The notes under the pieces are model-generated. The model did no database searches. It had not been told where the DNA came from and saw only the letters and a list, made by a program, of their open reading frames with translations. The position numbers and the translations under genes were made by a program. Below, one piece after another: positions 24,886-39,798 of a DNA stretch of 64,000 bases (position 1 is the first letter of the stretch; every line of letters starts with the position of its first letter). Origin of the DNA: Octopus vulgaris (lineage: Eukaryota); contig OX597818.1 of NCBI GenBank assembly GCA_951406725.2, positions 19,282,001 through 19,346,000 of the forward strand. The letters are read 5' to 3'.

Positions 24886-26122
24886 TTAGATTGTTCCGAA
24901 AATAATGGTCGCTCTAAGTGTTGTGTTTTGAAACGCAATTTTATCGTAGTATTTTAATTATATTTCGGTGAATTTCGACATACTTAATAATTGATGTATG
25001 CTCTTTAATAATTTTCTACTTATTTCAAACAGAAAACATTCTTGAAGCATAGGCACCCTTAATTATGAACATGACAAAAAAGGACCTTCGCTTACTTTTC
25101 TTGCATGAATTCAAGCATGGTTTCAGTGCCTCCCAAACTGCTGCCAATATCAACAGAGCATGGGGATAGGGGTCCACAAGTGATCGCACAGTACGAAGGT
25201 GGTGATGAGAGCCTTGAAGATGAAGAAGGTAGAGGATGGTCATGCAGTCTTGACAATGAACAATTGAAATATTGAACAAAACCCACTTCAAAGTATCAGA
25301 GAAATGTCTCAAGCACTTGGTGTCGGTATTGCAACGGTCTCGCGCAATCTGCAGAAGATTGGTAAGGTGAAAAGGCTCAATAAATGGGTACCAAATGAGC
25401 TCAATGAAAATCAAAAAGATCGGCATTTTGAAGTGTGCTTGATGCTCTTTCTGCGAAACACCAATGAATCTTTTCTTGACCGAATAGTCACTTGTGACGA
25501 AAAGTGGATCCTTTATGATAACCGAAAACGATCAGGTCAATGGCTTGATCGTGATGAGTCCCCTAAACATTTCCCAAAGCCAAAGTTGCATCAGCAAAAG
25601 ATTATGGTGACTGTCTGGTGGTCTGCAATTGGTCCTGTCCATTACAGCTTTCTGGAAGCCAATCAAAGCATTATAGTAGAGGTTTACTGCAATCAACTCG
25701 CTGAAATGCATGCTCACTTGCAAAAAATAAGACCTGCATTGGTAAGTCGGCGTGGCCCAATTTTGCTCCACGATAATGCAAAGCCACATGCTGCAAGAGT
25801 GACGCTGCAGAAACTCACAGAATTGGGATACAAGACATCCTTTATATTCTCTTGATCTTTCACCCACCGACCACCATTTTTAAAGCATTTGAACACGTTT
25901 TTAAGAGATAAAACTTTCAGGTCCAAACCAGAGCTTTCAAAGATTTCTTAGCATCAAAGCCAATAAGTTTTTATCAACGATGCATAAATAATCTCGTTGA
26001 TCGATAGCAGTGTTGCATAGATGCTCACGGCTCATACTTTGACTAATCAAAACATTTCTAGTGTTAATTTTTCCAGAATAAAATTGTTTCTGAAATCGGC
26101 CATTATTTTCCGAACAACCTAA
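24886..26122 (+). mobile_element. Mariner DNA transposon, decayed full-length copy
   Basis: TA-flanked TIRs ttagattgttccgaaaataatgg / ccattattttccgaacaacctaa; ORF 25304-25855 with [14 protein letters not shown] and LLHDNAKPH; YSLDLSPTD out of frame. Confidence 0.93.
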
Positions 26123-26358
26123 TAGAACCAATTTAATATTAAACAGAAGAATTACTCAATATTTTCTTTCTGTGTGTGTGTGTATGTGGGTGTGTGTTTG
26201 AGGTAGTGTACATATTCTTTCAGTCTTTTACTAGTTTAAGCTGGAGTGTTGTGGACATGGTGGGGCACGACCAATAAAATGTAGTTACAGCCTCTGGATG
26301 CCGAAACATGTTTATCAAATTTTTAGAACAGGAGAAGTATGTATACATACATATATAC

Positions 26359-26401
<43 letters not shown>

Positions 26402-26684
26402 GAAAGAGAGAGAGAGAGAGAGATGGATAGATAAACGTACGCACACACATATTCTCCCTTCTAGAATTCCATTTACCCCATTATTTTTTCTTTCCTCTTT
26501 ATTTCCTTCTCTCACTTTCCCAACCTCTCTCCCTCCCTTTCCCTCTCCCTCTTTTAATTTCTTCCTTACATTATTTCTTTCCTAATTTCATCTTTCTCCC
26601 ATCTCCTCCTCCTCTCCCTCCTTCCCATTCTCCTTCAATCTCCCTCTTTAGTTTTCTCCAACTCGGGTCATTCCATCATAAACA

Positions 26685-26739
26685 CTTTCTTTGTTTCTTA
26701 CTACTTTCTTTTGTTTGTCTCTTTCTTTCCTTCTTTCCT

Positions 26740-26788
<49 letters not shown>

Positions 26789-26859
26789 TTTTAATTCTTT
26801 CTTTCTTTCTTTCTTCTTTTATTTCTTTATTTCTTTCCTTCTTTCTGTCTTTCTGCCCT

Positions 26860-26907
<48 letters not shown>

Positions 26908-27026
26908 TTTCTTTCTTTCTTTCTTTCTTTCTTTTTCTTTCTTTCTTTTTTCTTTCTTTCTTTCTTTCTTTCTTCTTTTATTTCTTTATTTCTTTCCTTC
27001 TTTCTGTCTTTCTGCCCTTCTTTCTG

Positions 27027-27098
<72 letters not shown>

Positions 27099-27117
27099 TT
27101 CTTTCTTTCTTTCTTTT

Positions 27118-27185
<68 letters not shown>

Positions 27186-27200
27186 TTTCTTTCCCTCACT
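26685..27200. repeat. (TTTC)n compound microsatellite with an internal duplication
   Basis: Variant block ttatttctttatttctttccttctttctgtctttctgccc occurs twice (about 26819 and 26978). Confidence 0.9.
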
Positions 27201-27684
27201 CTACCTATCCTTCTTTCTTTCCTTCTTTCCTGTCTTTCATTCTTCCCATTATTCAGTTTTCATTTCACTCGCTCTTTCTACAGTGTTTAGCTCACATTTG
27301 AAACATATATGCCTTTTTCTTATGTTTATTTTCCTTTTTCAAACAATGAGGTCATTCTTCTCGTATTTCTAGAAAAGTACCAAAACAAATTTTTCTTCCT
27401 TTTCCTTTTCTCCCCCCCCCTCTCTTTCATTACACGCTATCCTTCTCTTTCAGTGAATCACACACACATGCATGCACACACAGAAACATGATATCTTATG
27501 GAGCGCGCTTTTCAAAATGTTCAGTTCTACAGTCTTCTTTCTGACAGTCACACTCTGATATGAGTACCAACACCGAAGAACTATCACGGCTCCCCGATAA
27601 GAAGTTATAACAAATATAGAAATGGATGTGTTTGCTGCTTCTGGCTTTCACATTTAATGTCTGTGTGTGGTATAGTTATAGCAC

Positions 27685-27746
27685 CATAGCACATAAATAT
27701 GGTCATAGCACATAAGTATGGTCATAGCACATAAGTATGGTCATAA
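27685..27746. repeat. 19-bp tandem repeat, about 3 copies
   Basis: (catagcacataaRtatggt)n. Confidence 0.85.
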
Positions 27747-29940
27747 CACCAACTACTTCTTGAGTCCGTCTCTACTCCCAGTGGCAGAATGTCTTTCATG
27801 CATAGAATCAACGGTATCTAGTAAATATATATGTATGTAAATATATGTATGCATGTGTGTATCTGTTTGTGTGTGCATATATATATATACATGGACATAT
27901 ACAAATAGTGATGCAGATAAATTCACGTATAAGCATATATATACAGTCCTCTAAATTTTGTATGTAAAACAATTTTTAATCTTCGGATTTTTTAGAATAT
28001 GCCAAGCCAATGGTTTTAATTGATTAATATCAATTTCTACCCTTATTCAATTTTAAACTTAAAAAATGTTCTCTAACCGGTAAATTGACTGCTGTAGTTT
28101 ATTAACTGCAGAGTAGTTTCCGATCTCAGCGCGCCAAAGTAAAAGCATTTGAAAGATACACCTAAATATGATTTGTAGAACTTTATACATGATGGATTTC
28201 GGTTGAGCGTTCTGTATCTAGTTCTGGAAATTGTGTTTTGTAAACGACAGACTATGCTGATGATCTTGCAGATGTTTGTGCATCCATATACGTAAATATT
28301 AACAAGTGAAATCAATTGGTACATAGGTAATTGTTTTTTATTTCGTATATTTTCATGTGTCTTGCTTATTTTTACACTTTGTTTTTTTTTTGCTGAGATT
28401 TTTCTTGAGAACACATTCTTCGTGGTAAATGGCGATTTGACGTCTATGTTTAGCATATAAGCTGTCCTCTTTTAATGGTCAGTCCCTAAATTTTGTATGT
28501 GTATACATACATGCATACATACATACATACATACATACATACATACATACATACATACATACATACATACATACATACATACATACATACACATATATAG
28601 ACAAATAATTTTACTTTAAATGGAGTATAAAAAATACAGAAAACTAACGGGAGAATTAATGTTTCTTTTAACTTGACAGCTCTTTCTGGAAGCTCGGAAT
28701 TACATAATAGCTGTAATGTTCATAATTAGCAGATGGAATGTGCAAAAAATTCATGGATATGCAACCAATAGACGGGTGCATATAGATATTACTGTAATAC
28801 CGGCTTCCTTCGTCAGGAGGGTAAATTGGCAGTTATCAGTTCACATCCTGTTGCAAAAGATTTAAATGTTGAAATTGGAGAAGAATAAAACGGAAGTAAA
28901 TGACAGAGGGTGGGAGGATGCCGGTAGCTTAGGCAGGGGAAGTGGAGAAGTAGTGGAAGAGAAAAAATAGATAATACAAGCTAGCTTACGGAGGAAGAGG
29001 TAATTGGGGGATTGAATAGAAGTAGAAGTGGTGAGTTGGAGGGAGAAGGGAAGGGTGAGATAGGTCAGTATTGTTAAAGGAGGCGTCGTTGGTGGGACAT
29101 GTCATTAATCTGCTTAATCTAATCTTGTTGGGTTTTCATCTGAGGTGTCTATATCGAGTTAAAAAATCCTACAAGTAGTTGAGTTTATTTATTCAGCAAA
29201 TCTATTAGCTATAGACAACTGGAGTTACTAATTTGCATACGTAAGCATTTAACACGTTATTTAATGCCTGCAGCCTATCGATAGGAATCACGGTTCACAC
29301 GGCAATTGATATCTGTTATAGACAGTCTTTAAAGCAATCTCAGAGCTATCTGCAGTTAAAATTCATGACTGATTCAATGTCAGTTCGAGAACGCCTTCCA
29401 CAGAAGCCTGAAATCAGGTAACGATGCTTCAGATAGTGCAGTTTGCAAGGTTAGTATCATTTCTACGTAAGCGATAATTACGATGATTTAACTATGTCAA
29501 TGGTATGAAAGACATGTTAAGGAAGACATCAAGACTCCAAAAGCAAGGAGTGAAACCCCAGACTAAGTTTCAAAGGCTTCTATGAGTGCAGCCTGATCAT
29601 CGCAACCCCCCCACAAAAAAAAAACCCCACTAAGTGTATAAATATCGTAAACGACCAGCAATCAATTATGGAACAGGAGACGATTGCAACAGTCTAGTTG
29701 AAACGACAATGGAAAAAGGAGAAACTACACACGGACACACGTACTCATACACAAACACACCCACTCACAGTGAGACCTTTACATGTTGGTCAACTGATCT
29801 CTCCAGTAATTGTTGTTGTTTAACCTCCTGAACTCAGATCTATTTTCAAAACCAACAAGAACTGTCTCGTCTTTTTATATACAAGGAATGAATTTTTGTT
29901 TGTTTGTGTGTATGTGTGTGCGTATCTGGTGAGTGCTTGA

Positions 29941-29979
<39 letters not shown>

Positions 29980-29981
<2 letters not shown>

Positions 29982-30278
29982 AGCACTCCGTCGGTTACGA
30001 CAACGAGGGTCCCAGATGATACGATCAACGGAATAGCTTGCTCATGAAAATAACGTGCAAGTGGTTGAGCACTCCACAGCCACTTAACGTAGTTCTCAGG
30101 GAGATTCAGCGTGACACAGAGTGTGACAAGGCTGTCCCTTTGAAATACAGGTACTGCTCATTTTTGCCAGCTGAGTGGACTGGAGCAACATGCTCAAGGG
30201 CACAACACATCGCCGGGAATCGAACACACGATCTTACGATCGTGAGCCAACTGCCCCAACCACTAAGCCACGCGCCTT
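29980..30278 (-). mobile_element. tRNA-derived SINE (family C-related)
   Basis: Minus head ggcgcgtggcttagtggttggggc...gtgttcgattcccggcg; ccagtccactcagctggc central motif; 3' body shared with the 20786 copy. Confidence 0.8.
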
Positions 30279-30406
30279 CTCTCACACACACACATACACA
30301 TACACATACACACACACATATGTATGTGTGTATGTATGTATGTATGTATGTATGTATGTATGTATGCATGTATGTATGTATCTATTTATGTATATTTGTG
30401 TACGTG

Positions 30407-30453
<47 letters not shown>

Positions 30454-33439
30454 GTATAATATGTAAAACAATTTCACATACACCTACGCGCACACACACT
30501 CACACAGACACACACACACATTATTTCCCTTGCATGACAACTCTGGTGATAATCTTATCTTACCCTATATTTTTTTCATCTTATTATTTCTCATTATGAT
30601 ACACTTTCACTTATCTTTCGTTAAAGTATTTATTACTTATCTTTCTTCGTAACCGGAAACGGAACCTTAACGTTTATTATTCCAATAATTTCTTTTTCCC
30701 TAGAATATCTCACAATCTAGAGTAACTGTCTTAAATAGATTAGATATCCTTGAAAATCATTCACCCTCTTTTAGAATCAACATTTGCTCTCATGGGCTAA
30801 TGTTTTCCTTTCCGATTACCATAAAGATAAAGTTGAAATTCTCTATAGATTTGGGCGCCTCTTCATAAGGGACTTCCAATCTCTTGTTTGCTTTATGTCT
30901 AGTCTCGCGTTCTGTACCGCAATTTTCAAAAAAAAAAATATAGTAGTCTGCTTAACTCTCCAGCCTCCATCTCTTCCTCCTTACCATAACTCTATGATGT
31001 GATATTACTGCTTGAAGCTCCTGGTAGGTACAGTGATGTAGAACAACCCTTCAGTCTCTCAGTCATTGTCGGTCTTAGTTATTGGTGGTACTAAGGGACG
31101 AACCAGTTTCGCTTGCATCTGCACTGCCTATTATCACATCTGTGACCGATTGTAATCTAGAAGTATCAGTAAAAGCAGCCACAGTCATCATTTCTAGGGT
31201 TTACTGTTGTTCTTACTGTTTCTACTATTACCACTTACGGTTCGTTTATTCTGCTTTTCGCCTTCCTCTCACTTTACTACCATATGTGTAGCAATTGGGC
31301 TTTCTTTCCTGCATCTTAATTGGCTTCTTCTCTGCTCTTTTAATAAGATACAACTCTATTAAAGACGTGAAATTTAGGATGATTTGAACTTACATGCGAC
31401 AGTAGCCGTTCGACAGAAAATTGTTTGATAAAGCTCAGATAGTGAACAATAACATGCAAGACGATTTTACTGCCCTGCATATCTCGGATTCGTTCGGCTG
31501 TTGTCAGTTCCGTGCCTGTATAGTATTTAAAAAAAATAAATAATTGCAATGCTAAGGACTTTGGGAAATTGTCCATAGTCTCTGACATCAGTTGGAAGAG
31601 GCTATTCAGAATGTTGTTGTTTTTCAGCTTTAATTATGAGCTGATGTCAAGTGCGCATGACCCGTTGCAATGACTCCGAGACTTGTGGGAAAATAGGAGG
31701 AATGTGTCTTTGAAACGGAAAGCTGGCCCGAGTGCTTCCAACAAAGTGGATTCCACCAAAGCACCTAAGGTACCAGGTGAAGCAACTAAGGTACTAGGTT
31801 GTTCCGGGCGTCGGATTAAGTCGAGCACCCAAGTGGGTCTTGGCAGAATTTTAACCCAGAACGCAAAGAGTCAGAACAACTACCCTTAAGGCATCCTTGC
31901 CAACGTTCTTACAGCTCCCCATCCACCGCTTTAGATTGGTTCTTTTTTATCGACCACGAAAGAAGAATAAGCAAAACTGATCTCGGTGGGGTTTGCACTC
32001 AGGATGCACAGAATCGGAACCAATACTCCGAGGCTCTAACGGTTCTGCCAGTTCACATAGAATTGTTCCTTGGTCATCGTTTCTCATACCTTCTACGTCT
32101 CGTGGTCTTTTCCTTGTCGGAACAGCGCTCTGGAATGGCTCAGTGATTTTCGGAGGTCATAAGGATTTGCATGCCCAGTGAGATTTCGTCCGTCTAATTA
32201 TCACCCTGGACACTTCGGCACTCAACAGCTGTCTACACCGTGCTAGAAAGCTGATGACAAGCAGCTAAAGCATTTCGGCATGGGTGTATGCGTAGGCGTG
32301 TGATGTGCCGCCTCGCCCTACGTTTTCGCCCGACCATCAGATTTTTAAAAACTAGGCACACATTTCCGAGACTCTTCTTTTGATCTATGGACAAGACATT
32401 GCTCCAAACTTCAGCTACAGCCAGGCCTAACTGCTCCTTCGTGGATACGAAAAAAAAACCTCTCTGTCTTTGGCGATAAACATGTAGGTGATTTTCCTTT
32501 TTCCTCTTTCTTGAATAAAAACCTTATTTTCTTATATTTACAGTATTTTGCCAAACATATTTTTGCACGCACTTAGTTCATACTCAACAATTTTCCCGTT
32601 GTTACCCGTGCTTTCCTTATTTGGTGAGAAAAGCGTTTGCATGCGCGCATTGTTGTTGTTAAGCATGTCGTCAATTTCGCTAATATTTACACTAAAAAGA
32701 CTGGAATTATCATTATTTTTTGGCAAAAGCATATTTTCTTCATTGATTTTTTTGTTCAGTTTAGTTTCTTTTTCTATTTTTGTGTCTTTCTGTGTGCAAA
32801 AAGTCAGGGCTTTTTTTCTATTTTGGGGTTGTGTTTCACTGGCATATTTTTGTTGAATGAACGCAAAAGCGGATATATCCGCTCAAAATTTTATTACCAT
32901 TAAATGCGGAAAGCGGTTTTAACCTTCCCCTCAAGATTTTATTACCTTTAACTACAAAAAGTAGTTTTAACCCGTCTCGCCCTTATGCTTCCAGAAGCGG
33001 AGATAGCTCCATTAACACTCTTTACAAAAGGTAATTTTTCAGATTTTGATAAAATGTTCTCACATATTTCATTAAATACCTTTTCGCAGAGCAAGAATCA
33101 AACACTTTTAGTGGTGAATATAAAAATCATACACTCAAAAGGTACTGATAAAGCACTGCAGAAGCAGAAAATATCAGTTCTATTTTGGGGATGGATAGTT
33201 AACCTCATTACAGGAATGACCATGAAATATAAATATGCTCTCAAATGTTTAACATAAGAAGCTGTTCAAAAATTCTTTCATAAATATTTTTTTGCTGTTA
33301 TAAGCGAGAAAAAATAAAAAGAACCCGAGCGCTTACTCTTCTTGATTTAAATGCAAACGAATTGAAATAGAAATGAACATTCATAACAGAGCTAAATAAA
33401 AAGATGTCAATCATCAGCAAAAAATAGCAAGAATAATAA

Positions 33440-34320
33440 TGGTTTCAAATTTCGGCACAGGGCCTGCAATTTTAAGGAGAGGAGTTAGTCGATACTATAG
33501 ATCTCAGTGTTTGACTGGTACTTTATATTACAGACCCTGGAGGGATGAAATGTATAGTTGATCCTGACGGAATATTAATTCAGAACTTATTGAATTGGAA
33601 GAAGAACCGCCAGACATTTTTTACGACGCTCCAAAAATTCTGCCAGCTTCACCGCTTTCAATAGTTGTTTTAAATTTTGGTGCAAGGCCGGTAATTTTAT
33701 TGGGAGAAAGTCGATTACGTTGACCCCCATTGACTTGTACTTTATTTTATCTACTCCGAAAGCATGAAAGACAATGTTGACATCGGTGGGATTTGAACTT
33801 AAATCTAAAAGTACCAAAATATAATTGAGAAAAGCATTCCACCTACCCCCGGAATGCTCTAAAAGTTTTACCAGCTCGCCGACTTCACAATAATCCAAAA
33901 TACAACAGGGCCAAGGCCTGAAATTTTGTTGGTGTCTCATCGATTACATCGGTCCTATTGTTCAACAGGTACTTATTTTATCGACCCTGAAAGGATTTAA
34001 GACAAAGTCGACCTCTGCAGAATTTGAACTCAGAACATAAAACCGAAAGAAATGCAGCTAAGCATTTTGTCCGGCGTGCCTACGATTCTACAGGTATTCC
34101 ATCTTCGTCGACTTAATAATAATGATAATGGATTCAAATTTTGGCTCAAGGACGTCACTTTTGACTGAGTGGGTATAGTCGATACCACCGACTCTGATAT
34201 TTGACTGGTACTCTATTTTATCGACTCCAAAAAGATGAAAGACAAAGCTAGCTACGGTAAGATTTGAACTCAGAACGTAGAGAGCCGGAAGAAATAACAC
34301 TATGAATTTTGTTTGCTGCC
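33440..34320 (-). mobile_element. About four head-to-tail decayed SINE family B copies
   Basis: Recurring ggcctg...gtcgat...actggtact...ttatcgac...gaaaggatgaaa...atttgaactcagaac blocks. Confidence 0.7.
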
Positions 34321-34595
34321 TTAATGTGCTGGGAAGGGATGGGGTCATGACTAAAAATAGATCCAACGTTTCCTCTGCGTATCGTAAAAGGCAACTAAAA
34401 GAGGTTGAAGTAGATTCTACACTCCGACCTCGTAAAACCCTCACCAACAACAACATCTAGAGAGACTCGTGAGTTGGAGAGTTGTCGCCTGAGTGGTGCA
34501 GAGGTGTAATCCCCCAGTAGGAAATCAATAAATAGTGGATGCAGCGCATTCCCCCGTACTACCACTACTACTATAGCGAGACTAAAGAGACAGAC

Positions 34596-34702
<107 letters not shown>

Positions 34703-34711
34703 CGTGTGTGA

Positions 34712-34745
<34 letters not shown>

Positions 34746-34775
34746 CTTGCACACACACACACACACACACACACA

Positions 34776-34937
34776 CGACAGACTTCTTTCAGTTTCCGTC
34801 TAACAAATCACTCACAAGGCTTTGGTAGGTTCGAGACTATAATAGAGGACACTTGCCCAAGATGTCACGTAGCGAGACTGAACCCGGAACCATGTAGTTG
34901 GAAAATAAGCTTCTTACCACACAACCACGCCGGCGCC
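34776..34937 (-). mobile_element. SINE family A head
   Basis: cttctttcagtttccgtct...gacacttgcccaag...ccacgccggcgcc. Confidence 0.75.
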
Positions 34938-35348
34938 TGTATTCATACAAACAGTTCTCCTCGTTCTGAATGGTGTATTAATACAAGGCTGATTGTAGTA
35001 ATTATGATTAAGCTTGTTTTAGTCGCTGCAAATTAATTTATCCCAAGTAATCCGTTCACCATTTCATCACCCATATTATCATGTTTTTGATTGATTGTTT
35101 CTATTCTATTGTTTGTTTCTTTCCTCTTCTTTTGTTTCTCTCATTCTCCCTCTTCTTCCCTCTCTCTTTCTCTCTCATTCTCTCTCTTCTTCCCTCTCTC
35201 CTTCTCTCTTTCTCTCTCTCTCTGTCTTTCTCTCTTCCCTCCCCCCCTTTTTCTTGTCCATTTCGTTTTTAATTATAATTCTCATTCTGGCTTTCTTGTT
35301 CGTTCATCCATTTCTTCGTCGAATCAACATCTAAAAGAATGAATGAAT

Positions 35349-35405
<57 letters not shown>

Positions 35406-35880
35406 ATGAATGAGAAAAAAGAAAGAGAGAATCACTTCTCATAGAGAAACTAAATAAATAAAATATAGAAACCTCTGGGTGTTAACTAGACCTGCCAGAA
35501 ACGGCGGTCAAACTTCTTTCGGATTACACATTACTTATAAAATAAAGGATATAAGCAGTACAAGGCACTGGCTCTCATGGCTTCTGGTCTTAACTCACTG
35601 GAAGTGATATCATGTACATGTTTTGTCTTTGTATGGGCTACAGCAAATACTCTGTTCAATACCACAGATTTGCTTGTCATTTGGTTGATTTTAACCAATT
35701 GACGATATGTGGCTGACGATACGCGCTGTTTATCTTGATAGGAAATCACCATGTCGCGCATATAGGGTTGTGATGCATGTGCCTGGTGTACCCTTATCAG
35801 ACGGTTAGTCATGATGGGTATATTGAGCTTCGTATATTTGTACCCCAGGGTCACTTTATTGGCATGCGCTGCTCTCCCAC

Positions 35881-35939
<59 letters not shown>

Positions 35940-36135
35940 TCACAAGGTCTGAAATTTTGGGGGAGGAGGTACGTTGATCACATCAACCCAAGTACCTGAC
36001 TGGTACTTGATTTATCAACTCCGAAAGGATGAAAGACAAAGTCGACCTCGGCGGAATTTGAACTCAGAACGTAGTAACGGGAAAAATACCATTAAGCATT
36101 TTTCCTGGCGGACTAACGATTCTGCCAGCTCGCCA
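35940..36135 (-). mobile_element. SINE family B
   Basis: Family consensus, next to (AAT)n. Confidence 0.8.
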
Positions 36136-36729
36136 TCTAAATAATAATAATAATAATAATTATAATAATAATAATAATAATAACAACAACAACAATGACG
36201 ACGACGATGATTTCTTTACTAACCAATCAGGGTTAGTGAGGACCGAGAACGGTACAGGATGATATATTACGTTGTAGTGTTACATAAAAGCATGTAAACA
36301 GAAAAATAACGAAATTAAAAAGACAAGAAAATCAAACAAAATATGATTCCCCCAAAGTGGGGAGACATCCGAGAGCTACTGGCAGAAACCCCACAGAATC
36401 ACGGTCACCCTGCCCATTAGGGCAAGTGCCCTCTCCCTGTCTTCCTCTAACCTTTTCTTTCAGTTTGATGGTTGTCGAAGTCGATGCCGTGTTTGTAAAA
36501 TTAAATGTATTTTTCAAAAACCTTGGAAAATTTTCAAATAAATTTGTGTCCCAAAGTGACCAGGAATAAGATTGCTGACCACTTTTATGTGTTCTGGTTG
36601 GCTTAAACAAATGTTACATAAAAAAAATTCAATAATTAACAACTTTTGAACATATAAACAGACGCAAAAATTTACAAGCGGCAGGAAAAACCACCACCAC
36701 TACCACCACCACAACAACAATAATAATAG

Positions 36730-36937
36730 TTCCAAATTTCGGCACGAGGGCAGTAATTTCGTGGGAGGGGATAAGTCGAGTACATCGACCCCAGTGCTCA
36801 ACTTCTACTTATTTTACCGACCTCGAAAGGATAAAAGACAAAGTCGACTTTGGTGGAATTTGAACTGAGAACGTAAAGCAGGGAGAAATGCCGCTAAGCA
36901 TTGTGCCCAACGTGCTAACGATTATGCCAGCTCGCCA
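36730..36937 (-). mobile_element. SINE family B
   Basis: Family consensus. Confidence 0.8.
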
Positions 36938-38126
36938 GTAAGTCTTTCGGGCCGCGAAACATGTTGGACAATTCAAGAAAAAATGTGTAAATAAAAAAAA
37001 CAATAACAATTTGCTAATAAATATCAACAAATTCCCTCTAGGGAAGAAACGCCACCCAGATGCAACCAAGGAACCCCATAGATCCTGAGTCACCCAAATC
37101 ACCGGGATTACTATGACAAGATCTATCTCCTTTATACTACTCAGCCTACAAGCACCAGCTTAGAATAGGCCCACTCACTCGAACCATTCTCGTCCCATTC
37201 ACCCACTTTCTACATATTTATAAACCCTTATCTTCCTTTTCAGAAGAAATTTTTAAAAGGCAATGTGGCTTTGGCCGAAGAGGAAAATGACTGTCTTCAG
37301 CTCTCTCAATCTCTATTTCGCCATAGCCACTGAGCCTATAGTCTACAGTGCTCGAGTGTTCTACATACAACTCGTCGAAAAAGAGTAAAAGTGGGGATAG
37401 AAAACAGCAAAAAGTCAAGTAAGGGAAAGACTGATGATATTCACAAGTAAATGGCTAGTAAGCAGGTTAAAATACAAAAAGACAGAAAAGAAGAGCCACA
37501 AATATAGGATGCATAGGCATGCCGAAAGAAGAGTTGCTGTATTTAAGGGAAAATGGAATTTTTGATTGGATAAACGTAGTTCAAAACACAGTGTCCGAAA
37601 AAGAAAAAAAATTAAACTAGAAAAAGTAAAAGGAAAAAGAATTGTAAAAGGGAGATGATGTCCGGTAGTCGCACACCCATGATCATATAAATCTCTTCAG
37701 ATCGCTACCACCATCTGGTTCATCGCTACCATGTTCCAAGCAGAGTAATTTTATTTCCTCTGCATAAAATCATTTGGAGCCAAGACGAAATTGAAGTGAT
37801 ATATACAGACTTCTGTTTTCTTTGTTTTTGTTTTTTGTTTTTTGTTTTTTGTCAAGAATGTATGTTTTGATTTTCTCCTTCCAAACAAAAACTATTGTTT
37901 ATGTATAATACTGCATATACTGTTGAACTGTCTATCTGTCTGTGTCTACATGCCTATTCGGTTATCTCCTAACTCTATCGTTTGCTTTCTCACTCACTCA
38001 CTCTGTCTCTCTTTCTCTCACTTTCCCTCATTCATTCTCTCTCACTCCCTCTCTTTTTTTTCTCTCTCACTTTTGATCATTGTTTTAAAAATATTTTTTC
38101 CATTGTTTCAAGCAACTGTTCTTTCC

Positions 38127-38186
<60 letters not shown>

Positions 38187-38354
38187 TTTTTTGTTCTTTT
38201 CTTCCCTTTTACGATCCCTCTTGATCGAAAACCTACGCCACCCCTTTTTTCTTTTTTTTTCTTTTGTTTTTTGTTTTCTTCATCCCCCAAAAGAAAAGCT
38301 CTACCTTGTAACTTGTCCCATCTGTGTGCAGCCCTGTGTGGCCAATAAAGAAAC

Positions 38355-38355
<1 letters not shown>
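38187..38355 (+). mobile_element. 3' end of a non-LTR retroelement inserted in (ATCT)n
   Basis: Pyrimidine-rich stretch ending ccctgtgtggccAATAAAgaaa; similar end on the minus strand at about 36210-36240. Confidence 0.5.
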
Positions 38356-38434
<79 letters not shown>

Positions 38435-38527
38435 CTATCTATCGATCGATCGATCGATCGATCAATCGCTCTCTCTAGCTGTCTGTCTATCTATATATCT
38501 ATCTATCTATTTATTTCTCTCTATATA

Positions 38528-39669
38528 TCGGGCCATCCCATAAGTTCTGTCCGAATTTTAAATAAAGAAAACAAGTGATCAAATGTTATATTTAATTGAA
38601 ATTTAATCATCAATGTACTTTCCCTGATTATCTAGGACTTCCTTCCATCTATTTACAAGCTTTTTAATCCTATCAATGTAAAACTACGAGACAAATGGTA
38701 GTCTGAAGGAGCAAGGTCGGAATAATAAGGTGAATGAGGAATTTTTTCCCAACCAAGCTCTTCGATCTTCTGTGATGTGATTTTTGCAGTGTGGGGTCGC
38801 GCATTGTCCTGATGAAACATCACTCCTTTTCGATTCACTAAAGCGGGTCTATTTTTCTTCAAAGCTTGGTTGAAACGCTCTAATTGCTGACAGTAGACTT
38901 GAGTATTGATTCTTGCAATCCCACCAGATAGAGAGAAGAACCTTTTTCCCATGAAGTTCCCTTCTCGGTTGTGCTTGAGCTTTTTCCCTTTTACCAAGCC
39001 ACTGTTTACGACTTTTCACATTTCGATAGAAGATCCATTTTTCGTCACGAATCACAAGTCTATCCAAAAAGGGTGAAATGAGTTCGCGAGAATGGAGAGA
39101 AGAACAGATGTCAACTAGGGATTTGCGGTTGCTTTTGGACAATTCATGAGGTACCCATTTTCCAAGTTGTTGAAGATGACAATGAACAGTTGTATGGTTT
39201 GAATTAAGCTTTATTGCCAATTCTTCAACTGATAATGCAGGATTTTCTTCAAGTAATGCCTCAAGGAGCTTATCATCAAGAACAACTGGACGTGCTGTTA
39301 GATCTTCATCTTCAAGGCTGAAATTTCCACTTCTGAATTTTGCTTGCCATCTTCTGCAAGTTCTTTCATTCAAGCATTCTTTCCCATTAACTGAGTGTAT
39401 GTTTCGAGTCGCTTCGGCTGCAGAGTTTCCTTTTTAGTACTCATAAAGTATTATGTACCTTAAATGCTCTTTGGATACTTCCATGTTAGAACGAGTTTTA
39501 ATCAAAGAAATTTTAATTCTATTATTCTGTAAAATAATATTTAATTAGTTTAAATGTACACAAATGCATAAAAATAATTTTTAATTCCATTAGACATTCT
39601 AAAATACTATTAAATATCATTCAATTTAAAAAAAAGGTAAAATCAGACAGAACTTATAGGATGACCTGA
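38528..39669 (-). mobile_element. Mariner DNA transposon, decayed
   Basis: TA-flanked TIRs tcgggccatcccataagttctgtc / gacagaacttataggatgacctga; WVPHEL, RDEKWI, FHQDNARPH and YYSDLAPSDYHL in ORFs 38849-39373 and 38653-38997. Confidence 0.93.
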
Positions 39670-39732
39670 TATATGTATGTACATATGTATATGTACATAT
39701 ATATGTATGTATGTGTGTGTGCATATATACTT

Positions 39733-39789
<57 letters not shown>

Positions 39790-39798
<9 letters not shown>

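Noticed and set aside
27944-29600. Possible very old transposase and LINE remnants, including ORF 28073-28456
   Set aside because: No diagnostic motif could be read with confidence
32240-32280. CTGATGA motif (also at 61180)
   Set aside because: No GAAA or stem II partner at a suitable distance
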